From NCBI RefSeq assembly GCF_001194135.2, contig NC_068988.1, positions 59,448,737-59,512,736 on the forward strand: 64,000 bases of DNA, given 5' to 3'. The stretch is from Octopus bimaculoides (lineage: Eukaryota). Positions 39,468-54,600 of the stretch are shown piece after piece. The notes under the pieces are model-generated. The model did no database searches. It was not told where the DNA came from and worked only from the letters and a program-made list of their open reading frames with translations. Within the stretch, counting starts at the first letter, position 1, and each line of letters opens with the position of its first letter. Made by a program: the position numbers and the translations under genes.

Positions 39468-39530
<63 letters not shown>
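39468..39530. repeat. (TAC)n microsatellite
   Basis: Directly visible. Confidence 0.95.
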
Positions 39531-40929
39531 GCAGTGATATACAAACTTTCGTAGTAAACTTTGTTGTGCTTGTGTAGATATATGTGTGGGTGTATGTATT
39601 TATATGCATGCATATACATATATGTGTATGCGTATGTGTGTGTATAAGTGTGTGGGAGTGGATGGCTGAGTATTAGTGTGACTGCAGGCATATAAGTATG
39701 TATTACGGCTATATGTACACGTGTGTGTGTGTGTGTGTGTGTATGTATTTATGTGTACGTAATACTGTATGTATGGATGCATTGGCGGTCGGACAGACTT
39801 ACCTTTCCTGCCGCGCATTTGTTTTATAAATTCAATTTATTACGCAATTCAGTAGTAAATACAGAGTATAGAGTTACAATTTGAATTTATTTTAGGGGGA
39901 AAAAATGCCAACACTATTCATTACACACGCGCACGGACGCCCACACTTATATTTACATAGTTATATGTGCATACAAATACACATACATACATACATGCAT
40001 GCATGCATGCATGTATAAATACAAAGATTCATGTGAAAACACACAAATTATAATCCGTCCGTTACGAAACTCGTACGATGTCAACGTGTGTGAGTTTATG
40101 TAAGTGTTTGTGTGTGTGTGTGTGCGCGACTGTTAACAAAACGAAAAGCATGCTCTATAAACGGAAATATAGTGAATCCAACTATCTACTCATTTAAAAT
40201 TGCATCATTTAGTGAATGCTGTTGTTCGCCAAATACAATATTATAAGTAGATAGATAAATATTTAGCATTCCAAGTTATCAGGGCGAAAATTCGATCATT
40301 ATTTTCGCGTCACCGCCTTATACTCTCGGTGTACATGTGTTCGATTTCCTGATCCAAGGCATTATTACACACATTTATACTGTGCTTACAATTACTACTA
40401 ATAATAGTACAGAACCATCAATAATTAAATAAATATGGATATAAAAATTACGTATTGTTTATGACAAAATAATGAGTAGATGTAGCATTTCAAAAATATA
40501 AGCAGTCTTCTAAATTCGAAGAACTCCGACCGTATGACTAGTATATTGTTTACATTATCACTGAATCTAAGAGTAATGATGAATAATCAGTTTCGGCTAG
40601 CTGATGATCTAATATATCAGATATATTAATTATTAGGAAATTAATTCCCACGACGAAAGTACCGTTCTTCTCATTAGACAATATGTCAGCAGGTGCGTGC
40701 ATGATTAAGTGAGTATGTCGGTGTCTATATGTATATGCTTATATTTGTTCGCGTACACACACACACATACACACACACACACACACACATACACACACAT
40801 TTATATATATATATATATGACAGAGATGTGACCCTCCTGATACAGGAATGCAGGAATGCCTCTAAGGATAATCGAAGAATCCCACTGTCCGAGATTTCCC
40901 TGAAGCTCCAGGAGCAGGTATTTTTTCCA

Positions 40930-41008
<79 letters not shown>

Positions 41009-41029
41009 TTAATAATAATAATATAAAAA

Positions 41030-41223
41030 TCCTTTCAAGGCCTAAATTTTTTTGTGGTGGGGAATAGTCAATAATATCAACCCCAGTATAAAACTTAATT
41101 TATCGACCCCGAAACGATGAAAGCCAATTCAACCTTGACGAAATTTGAACTCAGAACGTAACGACAGACGAAATACCGTAAGTATTTCGCCTAGCGCGCT
41201 AACCATTCTGCTAGCTCCCCACC
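41030..41223 (-). mobile_element. SINE family A copy
   Basis: ttatcgaccccgaaacgatgaaag core; gctaaccattctgctagctccccacc head; (AAT)n beyond its tail. Confidence 0.78.
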
Positions 41224-41279
41224 TTAATGATAATAATAACAATGATGATTATGATGATGATGTTGACGACGATAATGAT

Positions 41280-41470
41280 TATCCTCTTTCTGTAATAAAT
41301 ATGTGGATTACATCGGTTGCGTGCGTTACTCGTTCTTATTTCATTCCACCGACCTCGAATGGAGGAAACGCAAAGTCGACTTCGCGGAACTTGAAATCAG
41401 AACGTAAGGATTGACGAAATGCCGCTAAACATTTTGCCTGGCTTGCTAAAGATTTCGCTAGTTCACTACT
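41280..41470 (-). mobile_element. SINE family A copy
   Basis: gcaaagtcgacttcgcggaacttgaaatcagaacgtaagg core; head abuts (AAT)n at 41474-41560. Confidence 0.7.
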
Positions 41471-41473
41471 TTA

Positions 41474-41548
<75 letters not shown>

Positions 41549-41996
41549 CGTAATAATCATAATAATAATGATTATAATAACAATGAGAAGATGATGCTGA
41601 TGATGGTGATCTACAAAATATAATGTTGGTCATATATTAAAAACAAAACTTTTCTATAAACGTGTTCACATGAATGTGCTTTTGTTTGGCAAAGCTTAAG
41701 TTTGGGTTCCTCTGTACATCGGAATTTACTCCATCATAACTTTTGGGAAAATAATAACTGTTCATGAAATTAAGCAGTGATTTGCTTTCCAGAGTTAAGA
41801 TTCATTAACATTCGGACATTTGGCACACTAACTATACGAGATTAAATGTGTTATTTACTATTTTATAGATTTTTCAAGTGATTTATCTACATTACCAACT
41901 TTGTTTCGTATAACTTTTCATAAATAGTACACACAGCACACACACACGACACACACACACACACATACACACACACACACGACACACACACACACG

Positions 41997-42044
<48 letters not shown>

Positions 42045-42370
42045 CACACACACACACATAAATTTCTAACAGTAACACGTTTACAAGAGTATGCCTTACC
42101 CTATGCTAAGATGTCGTACATATGAATCTAAAAGTAATTTAACTAATATTAAAGTTTTACAAAATCGAAGGTAAGAAAGACGCCGGTCAATGTATGAATG
42201 AACAGAAACTTCTGTCTCCCCGCTCAATACACAAACCTGTATCCCCATAAACCGTTGTAAATTTTCAAATATTCATTTTAAGGAAAGTTAAGAGGAAACG
42301 AATAGAGGAAGCTAGAAATTGTATATAAGTTTTTTTCTTTCACACACCGATACACACAAACACAAACATA

Positions 42371-42404
<34 letters not shown>

Positions 42405-42950
42405 GTACATACAATGAATCAATATTGGACTTAAATAAACAATTTCTGGAGTTTTAAGATAAATATTTTCTTTTATTGATTAATGTTTTCGAGTTGAACA
42501 CACTATCCTGCGTCACCAATATTTTATTCTCTTCAGTTTGAAGAAGTATTTCGGATTTCATCTACATGATTATATTTTTCTTTCCTTTCAATTTCAATTT
42601 CAAAAATGAAACAAGCATTATTTTTAATATTTTATACACACACACACTCAACTCCAAAATATCAACGAACTTCAAAAAGTTATGTATATACATTATAAAT
42701 TTCACTTACCTTTTAATCTTGGGAAGTTGGTATTTCTAAACCACAAGGTACCAAAAGAACACAAAATTATAAACACAGCAGTTTGTTGATAAGATTTAGT
42801 TTATATGAAAAGATGTGTATGGATTGTTTGAACGATGTGTTTATGAATGTATAACTATTTGTATCTGACACACATACATACATATGCGTGTGCCTGTGTG
42901 TGTGTTTGAGTGTTTGTGGGTGACTCTACGAGTGTCTGTTGGTGAGCCTG

Positions 42951-42981
<31 letters not shown>

Positions 42982-43450
42982 TGGAAGCACACTACACTAT
43001 TTCTCTTGCAATTTTATTTAGACTTACGTTGAAATATATGCTTTTGTGTATGCGGGTGTGCTTATGTGTGTTTGAGTATTTGAGTGCATGTNNNNNNNNN
43101 NNNNNNNNNNNNNNNNNNNNNNNNNNNNNNNNNNNNNNNNNNNNNNNNNNNNNNNNNNNNNNNNNNNNNNNNNNNNNNNNNNNNNNNNNNNNNNNNNNNN
43201 NNNNNNNNNNNNNNNNNNNNNNNNNNNNNNNNNNNNNNNNNNNNNNNNNNNNNNNNNNNNNNNNNNNNNNNNNNNNNNNNNNNNNNNNNNNNNNNNNNNN
43301 NNNNNNNNNNNNNNNNNNNNNNNNNNNNNNNNNNNNNNNNNNNNNNNNNNNNNNNNNNNNNNNNNNNNNNNNNNNNNNNNNNNNNNNNNNNNNNNNNNNN
43401 NNNNNNNNNNNNNNNNNNNNNNNNNNNNNNNNNNNNNNNNNNNNNNNNNN

Positions 43451-43488
<38 letters not shown>

Positions 43489-45895
43489 ATATTTTCAAAC
43501 TTTTATTGTTATTTTGAATGTTTTAACAAAGATCGATAATCTATAAATGATAATTTTTAAAACATATGTTTGTTGTGTTTTTAACCTCATTTGTTTGTAA
43601 CACTTTGCATCTATGTTCGAATGTCGATACAAAAATGTATCTGTCAGATAAATATCATGAAGTATATAATTTTTCTCTCTTAGCTTACTTTATGTGTGAA
43701 TGCGTTTACGCATATAAGATTGTGTGAGAGTTTGTATTTTCTGCATACGTATTTATGTGGTCTCAGTATAATGTGCGCCTTAATGTATACGTAATTTTAT
43801 CATAAGCCTTTTTATGTATAGGCTGACTGATGCATTCTTTTTTTGCGTAAGATTCGCCTCATCAAGGCACACACACACAAACCCACACACACATGTATGT
43901 GTATAGGTCAGTGTGTGTGTGTGTGTGTGTATGTGTGTGTATTATATGTGCCTTTGTTTGTTTGTAGGTTCTAGATCGATCAATCGATACATAGACAGAC
44001 AATGAAACTGATAGATAGATATAGTGATACGTAGATAGGAATTATCCTGCGATATTTTACGCTGTACGATAGAAATATTTTACCAACTGAATACTTATTC
44101 ATGTACTTCTAAGCTAATTAACTAAAAAAAAATTTTTAATCATTATATTAAAAGCTACATTGTAAGGTTTATCTTTGATCGTCACGTTATTGTTAACTAT
44201 ATGAACAATTTTCTATAAGAAATATGTCTTGCTTATATATGTTTTACTTCGTGTGTGTAATGCGGTTGTTTGTCTGTGATTCTGTGTATGTGTGTGCGTG
44301 CGTAACAACTTAATAATTTAGTTCGATTTCAATCAGAACATTGGAATAACTGGAAAGTTTGTAATCGTTTTCTGTTTTCTACCTTTGCTTCCTTATTCTC
44401 TATCATTGCATTTATCCAGCATCAATAAACGAACCGCTTCATCGGCTAAACGTTCCCGCATGTGGCGAACGTTATGAGCAGCAATGGAGTGAAACATGAG
44501 CTTTTTCAATATAAATAAGCACTGGCTTGTGTATTGAGTGCTCTTTTGATCTCTCGTTGCCGATGTATTCTGTGTGTACGCGTACGTGGTGCGTGTACGT
44601 GCACGCATATATGCATGTATATGTGTGAGTGTATGTATATATATAAAAATAAATATATATATATAGAGACGGGAGAGAGGTAGAGAGAGATTGAGAGATA
44701 TAGAAAGGGAGAAAGAGAGACACAGCAAGGAAGAGTGGGAGCTAGAGAGAGAGAGAGAGAGAGAGTGTGTGTGTGTGAGGAAGAGTGGGGAAGGACAGAC
44801 CTGTTGGTTTTGTCGAAAATAAACCGCAAAACTTTTTGAAATCAGAAATGACAGCTAAAATACATCCTGCTGTCGCAAACAAGTGTTAACGTCGGTTTAA
44901 AATAAACACGCCGAATTATATTAGGTAGTAATTAGAAATGAATTATTAGATATGATGTATGACACTAAAATATGAAATTAGATTTTAGAATATAAATAAA
45001 ATAAAGACTAATGTAAACTCTATATTAATTTTGTCGGAGCTTCAGCACATGTAAAGAGAAGGTGTTTACCATATATTGAATAATTATAAGTGAATAAAGA
45101 CAATTTCTTCCGGTAAAAAGCAAATGAAACGAAGGTTTGTTTACACATGTGCTTGTTGGTGTTCCAATAAATACTGTGTATGTGCGCGTGTGTGAATGGC
45201 AGAAACGTTGACTTCTCGCTTTAAGTAACTGACTGTACGAACAGCTGCTGTTGTTGAAGCTTGCAGAGAAGATGAATGACAGACACCGTGCGAAGGAATG
45301 GAACAATGAGGAGGGAAAAAAGAAAAGATAAAAAGCTTAGAGAATATACAGAAGCAGAAAGATAGTAAGTTGCCAAAGAGAAAGCGAGAGGAAGAAAGGA
45401 AATAGGATGGGATAAGTACGTGAGAGTGGGAGAGAAAGGTCGAGAGAAAAAATAAGAGGGAGAGAGAGAGAGAATGAATGAGAGAGAGTGAAAGTGAGAG
45501 AGAGAGAGAATGCGATGGCTGTATTAATTCAAGTTTCTAACTAAATTCTTATAGTTGTGTTGGTTGTTCTTTTTTATGTTAGCTATCTGATACAAGACCG
45601 TGCGTGATCATTTGTTTTGGATGTAAGATGAAATATTTTGTTAGATATTTATGTTCTGTAATGAAAATATATTTACGTGGTTTTGTTATGGATATTCTTC
45701 TGTGTGTCAATGTGTGATTGTGGTAACCGACTGCTCTCTTTCTTTTTGTTTTTCTCTTTTTTTCCTTTTAATTTGATTTCCTATTATCTTTATATTACCG
45801 TTACACATGTATTTTTATGCGTGTGTGTAATATGTTTGTATGTCTCCGTACATGTATGTACGGTGTTTAGGAAATAGATGTGTGTGAGTGTTTGT

Positions 45896-45948
<53 letters not shown>

Positions 45949-47071
45949 TATGTAGGTGTTAGAGTACGTTATCTTGTATTTTATGCAAATAATTGCCGGA
46001 AATATTCAATTCTTATATCCTCACTGCAATTAAGTTTAGACTTTATCACAATCATCCGGAACTTTTTCTCATTTTCTTGCGGTCTAATTTCTGACATCAC
46101 TGAACATCTCCGGGTTCCTTAGGATTTCACATGTTCCGTTAAATAATGTTGCTTCGTTTTGTTTTGTCTCCACGAAATAGTGTCCAATTTGAAACTAGTA
46201 TCGACTTTGTAAAGTTTTTTACAGTTAATGAAAACTGAAGTAAGGAATATCAGAACGGAATAAACATCGAGTGAAAGAGAATGGGGAGAGAAAGGGAGGA
46301 GCACGAAGAGAGAGAATAAGAGAAACAAATGTTTAGAGTGAAACTAGGAGGAGAAACAGATATGTGAGAAGCGAATAGCAAAAATGGGAAAGACAAAAGT
46401 AAGCCAAAGTCTCTAAAAAAAATTATAAAAAGAATGAATGAAATCAAATAAAATAAAATAAAGAACTGGATGAAGGAAAGAGAGAAGAGTCACGGGAGAA
46501 AAAGATGGTGTGAAAGATAGAGAGAGAAATGAGATGTATTAATAAAATGACAGAAAGAAAGAGTAAAAGACGGACGGATGTTCGCTGAAGAAGACGGAGC
46601 GAAAAGGAAGAAAAGGATATGTATTAAAAACTGAGCGAGAGAGAAGTATAAGGAAAAGTTGTAGGAGGAAGTGAGTGATAGGGTCGGTAAAAGAGAGAAA
46701 TTTAGGAAGAGTCAGGGAAAAGAAAGAAAGAGAGAAAAATATAGCGGATGCGCGTTTGCGAGAGTGGGAGAGTGAAAGAGGGAGCGAAGGAGTTAATGTG
46801 GAGAAAGGATAAAAGATAAAAGCGAAATGCAAGATTGAACAAAAAAAGAGGATGTGTAAGACAGAAATATTATAGTAGGAGTACTATTGAGGTGGGAGTT
46901 GAAGTAGTGTTAGAATTGCTGGAATGGACTGAAAAGTTTAGTGGGTATGGGATGAGTACAGGGGCAGGGTGGTGTTCTTAGATGGAGAAAGTGGGTGGAT
47001 GTAATACCTCCTAAAGAAAAGTGATGAGAGAGAATCGACTGCAACAAAATGGGGAAAAAATTAACGTACAC

Positions 47072-47145
<74 letters not shown>

Positions 47146-47147
<2 letters not shown>

Positions 47148-47271
47148 ACTCTTTTACTTGTTTCAGTCATTTGACTGCGGCCATGCTGGAGCACCGCCTT
47201 TAGTCGAGAAAATCGACCCCAGGACTCATTCTTTGTAAGCTTAGTACTTATTCTATCGGGCTCTTTTTGCC
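47146..47271 (-). mobile_element. SINE family C, 3' half (runs into gap)
   Basis: tactcttttacttgtttcagtcatttgactgcggccatgctggagcaccgcctttagtcgag, the reverse complement of the 8503-8672 type. Confidence 0.85.
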
Positions 47272-48129
47272 NNNNNNNNNNNNNNNNNNNNNNNNNNNNN
47301 NNNNNNNNNNNNNNNNNNNNNNNNNNNNNNNNNNNNNNNNNNNNNNNNNNNNNNNNNNNNNNNNNNNNNNNNNNNNNNNNNNNNNNNNNNNNNNNNNNNN
47401 NNNNNNNNNNNNNNNNNNNNNNNNNNNNNNNNNNNNNNNNNNNNNNNNNNNNNNNNNNNNNNNNNNNNNNNNNNNNNNNNNNNNNNNNNNNNNNNNNNNN
47501 NNNNNNNNNNNNNNNNNNNNNNNNNNNNNNNNNNNNNNNNNNNNNNNNNNNNNNNNNNNNNNNNNNNNNNNNNNNNNNNNNNNNNNNNNNNNNNNNNNNN
47601 NNNNNNNNNNNNNNNNNNNNNNNNNNNNNNNNNNNNNNNNNNNNNNNNNNNNNNNNNNNNNNNNNNNNNNNNNNNNNNNNNNNNNNNNNNNNNNNNNNNN
47701 NNNNNNNNNNNNNNNNNNNNNNNNNNNNNNNNNNNNNNNNNNNNNNNNNNNNNNNNNNNNNNNNNNNNNNNNNNNNNNNNNNNNNNNNNNNNNNNNNNNN
47801 NNNNNNNNNNNNNNNNNNNNNNNNNNNNNNNNNNNNNNNNNNNNNNNNNNNNNNNNNNNNNNNNNNNNNNNNNNNNNNNNNNNNNNNNNNNNNNNNNNNN
47901 NNNNNNNNNNNNNNNNNNNNNNNNNNNNNNNNNNNNNNNNNNNNNNNNNNNNNNNNNNNNNNNNNNNNNNNNNNNNNNNNNNNNNNNNNNNNNNNNNNNN
48001 NNNNNNNNNNNNNNNNNNNNNNNNNNNNNNNNNNNNNNNNNNNNNNNNNNNNNNNNNNNNNNNNNNNNNNNNNNNNNNNNNNNNNNNNNNNNNNNNNNNN
48101 NNNNNNNNNNNNNNNNNNNNNNNNNNNNN

Positions 48130-48167
<38 letters not shown>

Positions 48168-49299
48168 TGAGAGAGAGGGAGAGAGAGGGAGCGAGACATA
48201 TATGTGTGCATGTGTATATGTGTTAGGGAGTGTGTGAGTAAATGAGTGAGAGAGTGTGTGTCTCCAAGCGCGCACGCACGCATTTGTGTATGTGTAATTG
48301 CTTTCATTTCTTAAAGAAAACGGCAATGCGATTTTACGGTTAACATCCCATAGCGTAGGGGATCAGACAGAATAACTAATGTCAAAAATTAAAAAAATTG
48401 GAAACGAACGAAAATATCAGATTGATATGACTTGAAACCTTGAAGAAGGTACGCAGAGATGTCGGGGTACAGTGCCAAAAACAAACACAAGAGCGTACAA
48501 GATTAAATACTCACCCACGCACACACACGCATACACACGCGCGCGCGTACACACACTCACATACACACGCACGCATCGCACGCACATACACACACACCCA
48601 CACGTAGAAGTGCAAAGAAAGTGACAGTAAATTGGTATCAACTGCGGTCTGGCATAGATGTGAGCGGTAAAGTACTTAACGGTAGCTTTTTTCTTTGTTT
48701 TTTTTAATTTTTAATTTAACATTTCGTCTAGGTCCATTTGCGTTTGTCTTTTCAGGGTTTAATAAATTATATACCTGTTGGAACACTGGGGTAGATGTAA
48801 ATGACTTATTCCCTCTTATAAAATCTATGGTCTTTTGCTAAAAGGAAAAAAACTCAGAGAACGGCAATGTATGAGAGAATAATATTTAAATAATATTTAA
48901 ATATGAGTTAAATAGGATGAGAAGCAGGTGGGATCCTGGGAGGCGGATAGTTCTGTGAGTCTGTTTCTACTCTTACGCGCGCGTGTGCTTGTGTATATGT
49001 GTGTTTATGTGTTAATGCATGGCTTTTTTTTAATCTCTTTTTTCCTGTTGAAGGTCAAATCTGATCCAGCAAGTCTTGTGATGAAAATCGTTCAACCGGA
49101 AATTACACATTTATGTTGATTTTTTTTTTTTTCTTTTCTAACACTGTCTATCGCTGACTAACGTAATCTATGTGTCTTTCTATCTGTAAGTATTGTTAAG
49201 ATGCTTCCTTCTCTCCCTCTCCCTCTCTCTCTTTCTCTATGTATCTATCTATCTTTTTTCTTTCTCTTTGTTTTGAGGGTGGAAAACTGAACTGCTATT

Positions 49300-49875
49300 T
49301 CTAGCGTAAATATGTTAGTGTGTGAATTGGTTACAACCTCAGTAAAAATGCTTAGCGGGTTTTTTTCTTATTTTCTCTTTCCGACACATTACATTCTGAG
49401 TTCAAATTATGCCTCGTTGACTACTTGTTTCATCCTTTTCGGTGTTGAATGAATAAAGCACAAGTCAAGTATTTTGGGGGATGTCATCGATTATCCTGTC
49501 TCTCTCTAATTATTTGATCTTGTGTCAGATTAGATACAATTCGATAGAGGCTATGGTCTTTTCTAATGTTTCAGTGTGTTTGTGCGAATTTTCCTACTTA
49601 AAATATCGTCTAAAATTTGAAATTATGCTGAGAAAGTGACAGGTATTTATAATTTAGACACACAGCTTTTGAGGCCAACATCACATATTAGCAACATTAC
49701 TAAAGCGGTGCGTTAGAACACACTTTAAGCCACCGGAGAAAATATTTAGCGGTACTTCATTTTACGTTATGAGTTCAAATTCCACCGAGCTCTATCTGGC
49801 TTTTCATACTTTTGAGGTCGATGTAATCAATCAGCCGCTTCCCTATAATTTTAGGTCTTGTACTAGAAAGGATAT
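49300..49875 (+). mobile_element. Two degenerate SINE family A copies (~49300-49530, ~49705-49875)
   Basis: acattctgagttcaaattatgcc..catccttttcgg and tacgttatgagttcaaattccaccgag..ggtcgatgtaatcaat. Confidence 0.65.
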
Positions 49876-50373
49876 AACCTACATCAGTATGTAAATTATT
49901 TTACTTTGTCAACATTCAAGGATGAAAATCTTTTCTCTTTCTTACCTTGATGTTTGTATATGAACTGAGAACATAAGACTTATTAGAATGCCTTAAAGCA
50001 ACGTTCCAATGTCTTTGTCAATCCATATTAATAATATGGCTCCGTCTTGTGAAGATTACACTTATAGAGTGACATTGCGAAATACATATCAGGGTTCACG
50101 TTTAAATGGAAACTTACTATTGAGATCGGAAAGACTTTTAAGGAGTCCATAAATAAATATATACAGAATCATTCAAAACCTACACGCTTACAAACGCATG
50201 CATTTCAATATTAAAACAACATGCATATATATCTATATGTGAATGTGTTAAATCATGTATTATATGAGTATACAGGTGTGCGTGTGTAAGTTTGGGGTTG
50301 TACGATTGTGGGCGTGTGTGCATATGCACGCATGTTTCTGATTATGTGCTCTCTAGAAACATATATGTGTATT

Positions 50374-50723
<350 letters not shown>

Positions 50724-50801
50724 GGTAACTCTGAACGAACTGGGAAAGCCTATAGCATTATATATAACGCTGTAAATATATATAAATATTATATATACGA
50801 T

Positions 50802-51008
50802 ATGGAGGAAGTGATGGGGATACTGCAAATGAAGGAGAGGGTCACTGCGAACTGGAGAAGACAGACCCTCAAGAATCTGCGCTATAGAGTCTTTATAGGG
50901 GAGTGGCTAAACGTCAGAGTCGCAGTCGATGGACGTAGGCCTCGATGCTTCGAGTGTAGCGAAAAGGGCCACGTCCGCTCAGCCAGCGAGAAAAAGAAAC
51001 AAAAATAA
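50802..51008 (+). pseudogene. LINE ORF1 (gag-like) fragment with CCHC zinc knuckle
   Basis: VRVAVDGRRPRCFECSEKGHVRSASEKKK: CX2CX4HX4C knuckle with the last Cys changed to Ser (50946-50987), followed by a Lys/Glu-rich region. Confidence 0.75.
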
Positions 51009-51639
51009 GTGAAGCCCCACTTCAAAAAGAAAACACTAAAGAAAGCACTAACGAACACCAAGAAAAGGAAGAGAAAGAAAAAAGGACAGAAGAAGTAGAA
51101 GAAAAGAAGAAAAAAGGGAAACATAAATCCCAAGAGAAAAAAATCAGAAGACACAACTCTTGTGGTGGAAACGGAGATGGATTTTACCACGGTCGTATCA
51201 CACAAGAGAAAAAAGCCCAAGCCCCAGACTCCCCTCCCCAAACAATGAAAGCAAGCAAGTACAATACAGACACACAGGAAAACATCCCCCACACCACTTC
51301 CGTGTTAAAATCCTTTGCCATTTCCCCCACAAAAAGACAAGAAAAATAATTTTTTTTCACGAAAAAAAAAACACTGTGTTAACAACAATAATTCAAATGC
51401 AACACAAGGTGCATGTATATAAAACAGAAAAATAGATGCCATCTTGCATCCCTGTTGCGAGAATGGATGTGTGGTTGTTCCAGGAATTGACTGAGAGAGA
51501 GAGATACCCAGATGACATTCGTGATGTAAGCCAGGAGATAGCTGGCAAAAAGTTTATAGTTAGCCAAGCGGCTATACCGCAGAGAAAAAAAAAGGGTGGG
51601 GAGGACGCCGAATTCATGCAGCCCCTCCCCAAACTTAAA

Positions 51640-54600
51640 ATGTAACTAACTTTTTACCGTCGAGGTTAAGTTATGGTATATAAATGCTCATGGCCTGCGG
51701 TCGAAATGGAAGCAAACTTGTCTTCTGAACGACCTTAGGTCACTAGATATTGAGGTTTGTGTTGTGACTGAGTCCAAGCTGAACAGGCCACAAGCGGTCT
51801 CGCCTCTTCTAAATGGCTACAAGAAATTTATTTCTCCTAGTCGGCGGGGAGGCGAGGTGTAGTGGTCTTGTTCAGGAAAAACCTGTATATACAGGTAAGT
51901 ACAGACTTTCTGCACCCAGAAGGTAGGCTGGTCGTTTTGGATGTGACACACGTAAGTAAACAGTCCTTCAGGTTGGTAGCTGTCTACGCTTCTAGTGAGT
52001 GTAGACAAGCTGGGGTTTTTTTCCGGACCTGGAGAACTTCTTAGTGATGTCAAAAACTCTAGTTTTACTAGGAGAATTTAGCACTACTCTTGACGCACAG
52101 GCGGATAGTGTTGGCTCGACTGATAGAAGGGAAAACTCTGGCCTCAAAAGGCTACTAGGAAGCTATAACATAGTAAACTGATATAGACTGGATGAACCAC
52201 TCGTTCCACAGTGGACGTGGACTAATAACGACGGTTCACACAGATTTTATTTAGATAGGATATTCGTTAGGAATACGTTCAGTTGACCACTTTTTTGTTG
52301 AGTCCCTGACACGCATCACAAGTTTGTGACGTGTGAGGTGTACTTGGATAAGTGTCATAGGCAGGGACCTGTTTTATGGAAGATGAACAAGTCAATTTTG
52401 ACTTGTAAAGCATTCTGTGCCCGGGTTGAGGAGTTAGTGCAGAGGGTATTATGCGGCGTCGTCATTAATAATAAGTGGTGGTGCGCCCTCAAAAGAGCCA
52501 TTCATTCTGAGTCTATTAGATTTAATAATCAACTAAGTTGAACCTAATTAAGGAATCAGATGAGGCCATAGAATCTGGCTCTGCATCCAGAGTGAGGGCG
52601 GCGAAGGCGGTTTCGTCCCATCATCTCAAAACCAAACACGAAGGGTGTAGAGTCAGAGCTAAGTTACGTGCGGTGGGGAGAGAGGGTATTAAGGTTGCCC
52701 GATGGGCACGTCGTGTGGAGAGTCGGAGAGACAGAGAAGCGTCCATAAAGTCTTTAACAAACGAACATGGGCGTACGATTGAAGGACAGTAGGAGATGCA
52801 TAAGGCTTTTCACCAGCATTTTGCCCGGTTGTTCTGGGAGAACGACGCGCTGGACAGTGGGGAGTCCTTACCGGTGGGCAACTACTCTCGGCACGGGAAG
52901 CGGAATGCTGTTAACGGCCGATTACAGCTGCAGAGATTGAAGAGGTCCTGGATGAGTGCGCCGGATACAAGTCGCCGGCGTTGGATAGTCTGCCCTATGA
53001 ATGTTATCGTTGTATACCAGATTTGCTCGAACACTTGCTGGCCTGCGTCTGCACAAGGTGGCAGCAGAATGGGAGGATTCCCAGCTCTGTGAGGCAGAGA
53101 ATGGTGACGTTGATCAGAAAAGACCCGAACAAAGGGGATCTTATTAGTAATTGTACGCCTATAACCCCAATTACTGTATAATTAAAGATTTTGGCCAAGG
53201 TGCTAGCAAAGTGGTTGGCGTGTGTCGCAGAGAAACTTAGAGGTAGGGCACAGACATGCGCCATCCCTGGCAGGTCAATCGAGGACAATCTTCATCTCTT
53301 ATGCTACATCTTAGACACGGTAGCTAAATTATCCGGTAAAGGTTGGGCACTGGTCCATTTAGACCAAAGTAACGCTTTTGATAGGGTAGACCACCAGTAT
53401 CTGGCGGCGGTTCTCGAGGCGGCTGGGCTCGGCAGTTGGATCACTGCTATTTATGGCGGCGTCAATTCCACATTCCAGATAAGCGGTTACCTGTCGGTGC
53501 GGTTTGAGATCAAGCGCTCTGTTCGACAAGAGTGTTCCCTGTCTCTGCTTCTGTATGAACTGTCTCTTGAGCCATTGGTGCGGAAGTTGGAGAGTTGTGA
53601 GGTGGGGATGGGGGACATCCCCAATAAAACCTGATGAGGCCAACATCACCGTGTCCAATGAATCTCAGCTATCTTGTGTATCAAAAGATACGAGGCGGTG
53701 ACAGGTACAAAAGTTAACAAAGACAAGTCCATCGGCTTGCGGTTCTGCACCTGGTGCAGCAACACGATAACGTCCAGTATCGTGGGGCACTGGACAGATG
53801 TTAAGGTGCTTGGAGTCTGGTTCGGAACAGATTCCCAGACGGAGAAGAATTGGAGTGAGGTGGCAGGCAGAGTGGAGGCCCTAATTTGGAACTAGACAGG
53901 AAGGGCGCTATCACCGAAAGAGAATGCAGAGGTGGTGCAGGTGTTTATTGCATCTGTTATCACCTACCCTCAGACCATTGTCCCTAGCCCTGATTCGTGT
54001 GTAAGCAATTTGGCACGCCTTCTCTTCCGCTCCTTGCGGAAGGGAGGAAAGTCGGTTATGAGGCGCTCTGAATGCTGCCAAGAACCGCTCAAGGGTGGGT
54101 TAGGGATGACGGGGCTAATGATGTGCAGGCTTGCATTGAGACTGAGGCATCTCTCCCTCTACCTGGATGGTAGCCAGGTGTGGAATTCGCTAGCAGAAGA
54201 ATTCGCTAGCAGAGGAATTCGCTAGCAGAGGAATTCTTTCCACGACCGACCTCCTTCGAGGAATTTAAACCCGATTTTATTTAAAGGCGTTATACGACTG
54301 AATGGCAAAACGATTGCCGACAGGCACTCGCGCTAATCCATAAGGCGGGCAAAGCCAGCAGCGGGAATACCACCCCGGTATTTTATAAAGGGCTGGTAGA
54401 GCTTAAGAGTGGTGATGTCCTAGGAGGAGCGTTGGGGCTCGTTGAAAACCAGCTAGCCAACCTGTTCCAGAGAACTCTCAGGCCGGGGTACTTGAATAAC
54501 TACCAAAAATCCCTGTTCTGACAGTGCTAAAGGAACGCGTTACCTGTTCACGAAAGAATATCCAGGCATGGAATATCAGTGCTACCGGCAGGCCCAAGTT

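Noticed and set aside
44393-44500. Protein-like stretch FHSIAAHNVRHMRERLADEAVRLLMLDKCNDRE
   Set aside because: The opposite strand is similarly open and no family or splice signals were recognised; insufficient support.
54183-54236. Possible cloning linker or CRISPR-like repeat (EcoRI/NheI units)
   Set aside because: No spacers, and it is embedded in contiguous LINE sequence; a simple tandem duplication explains it.
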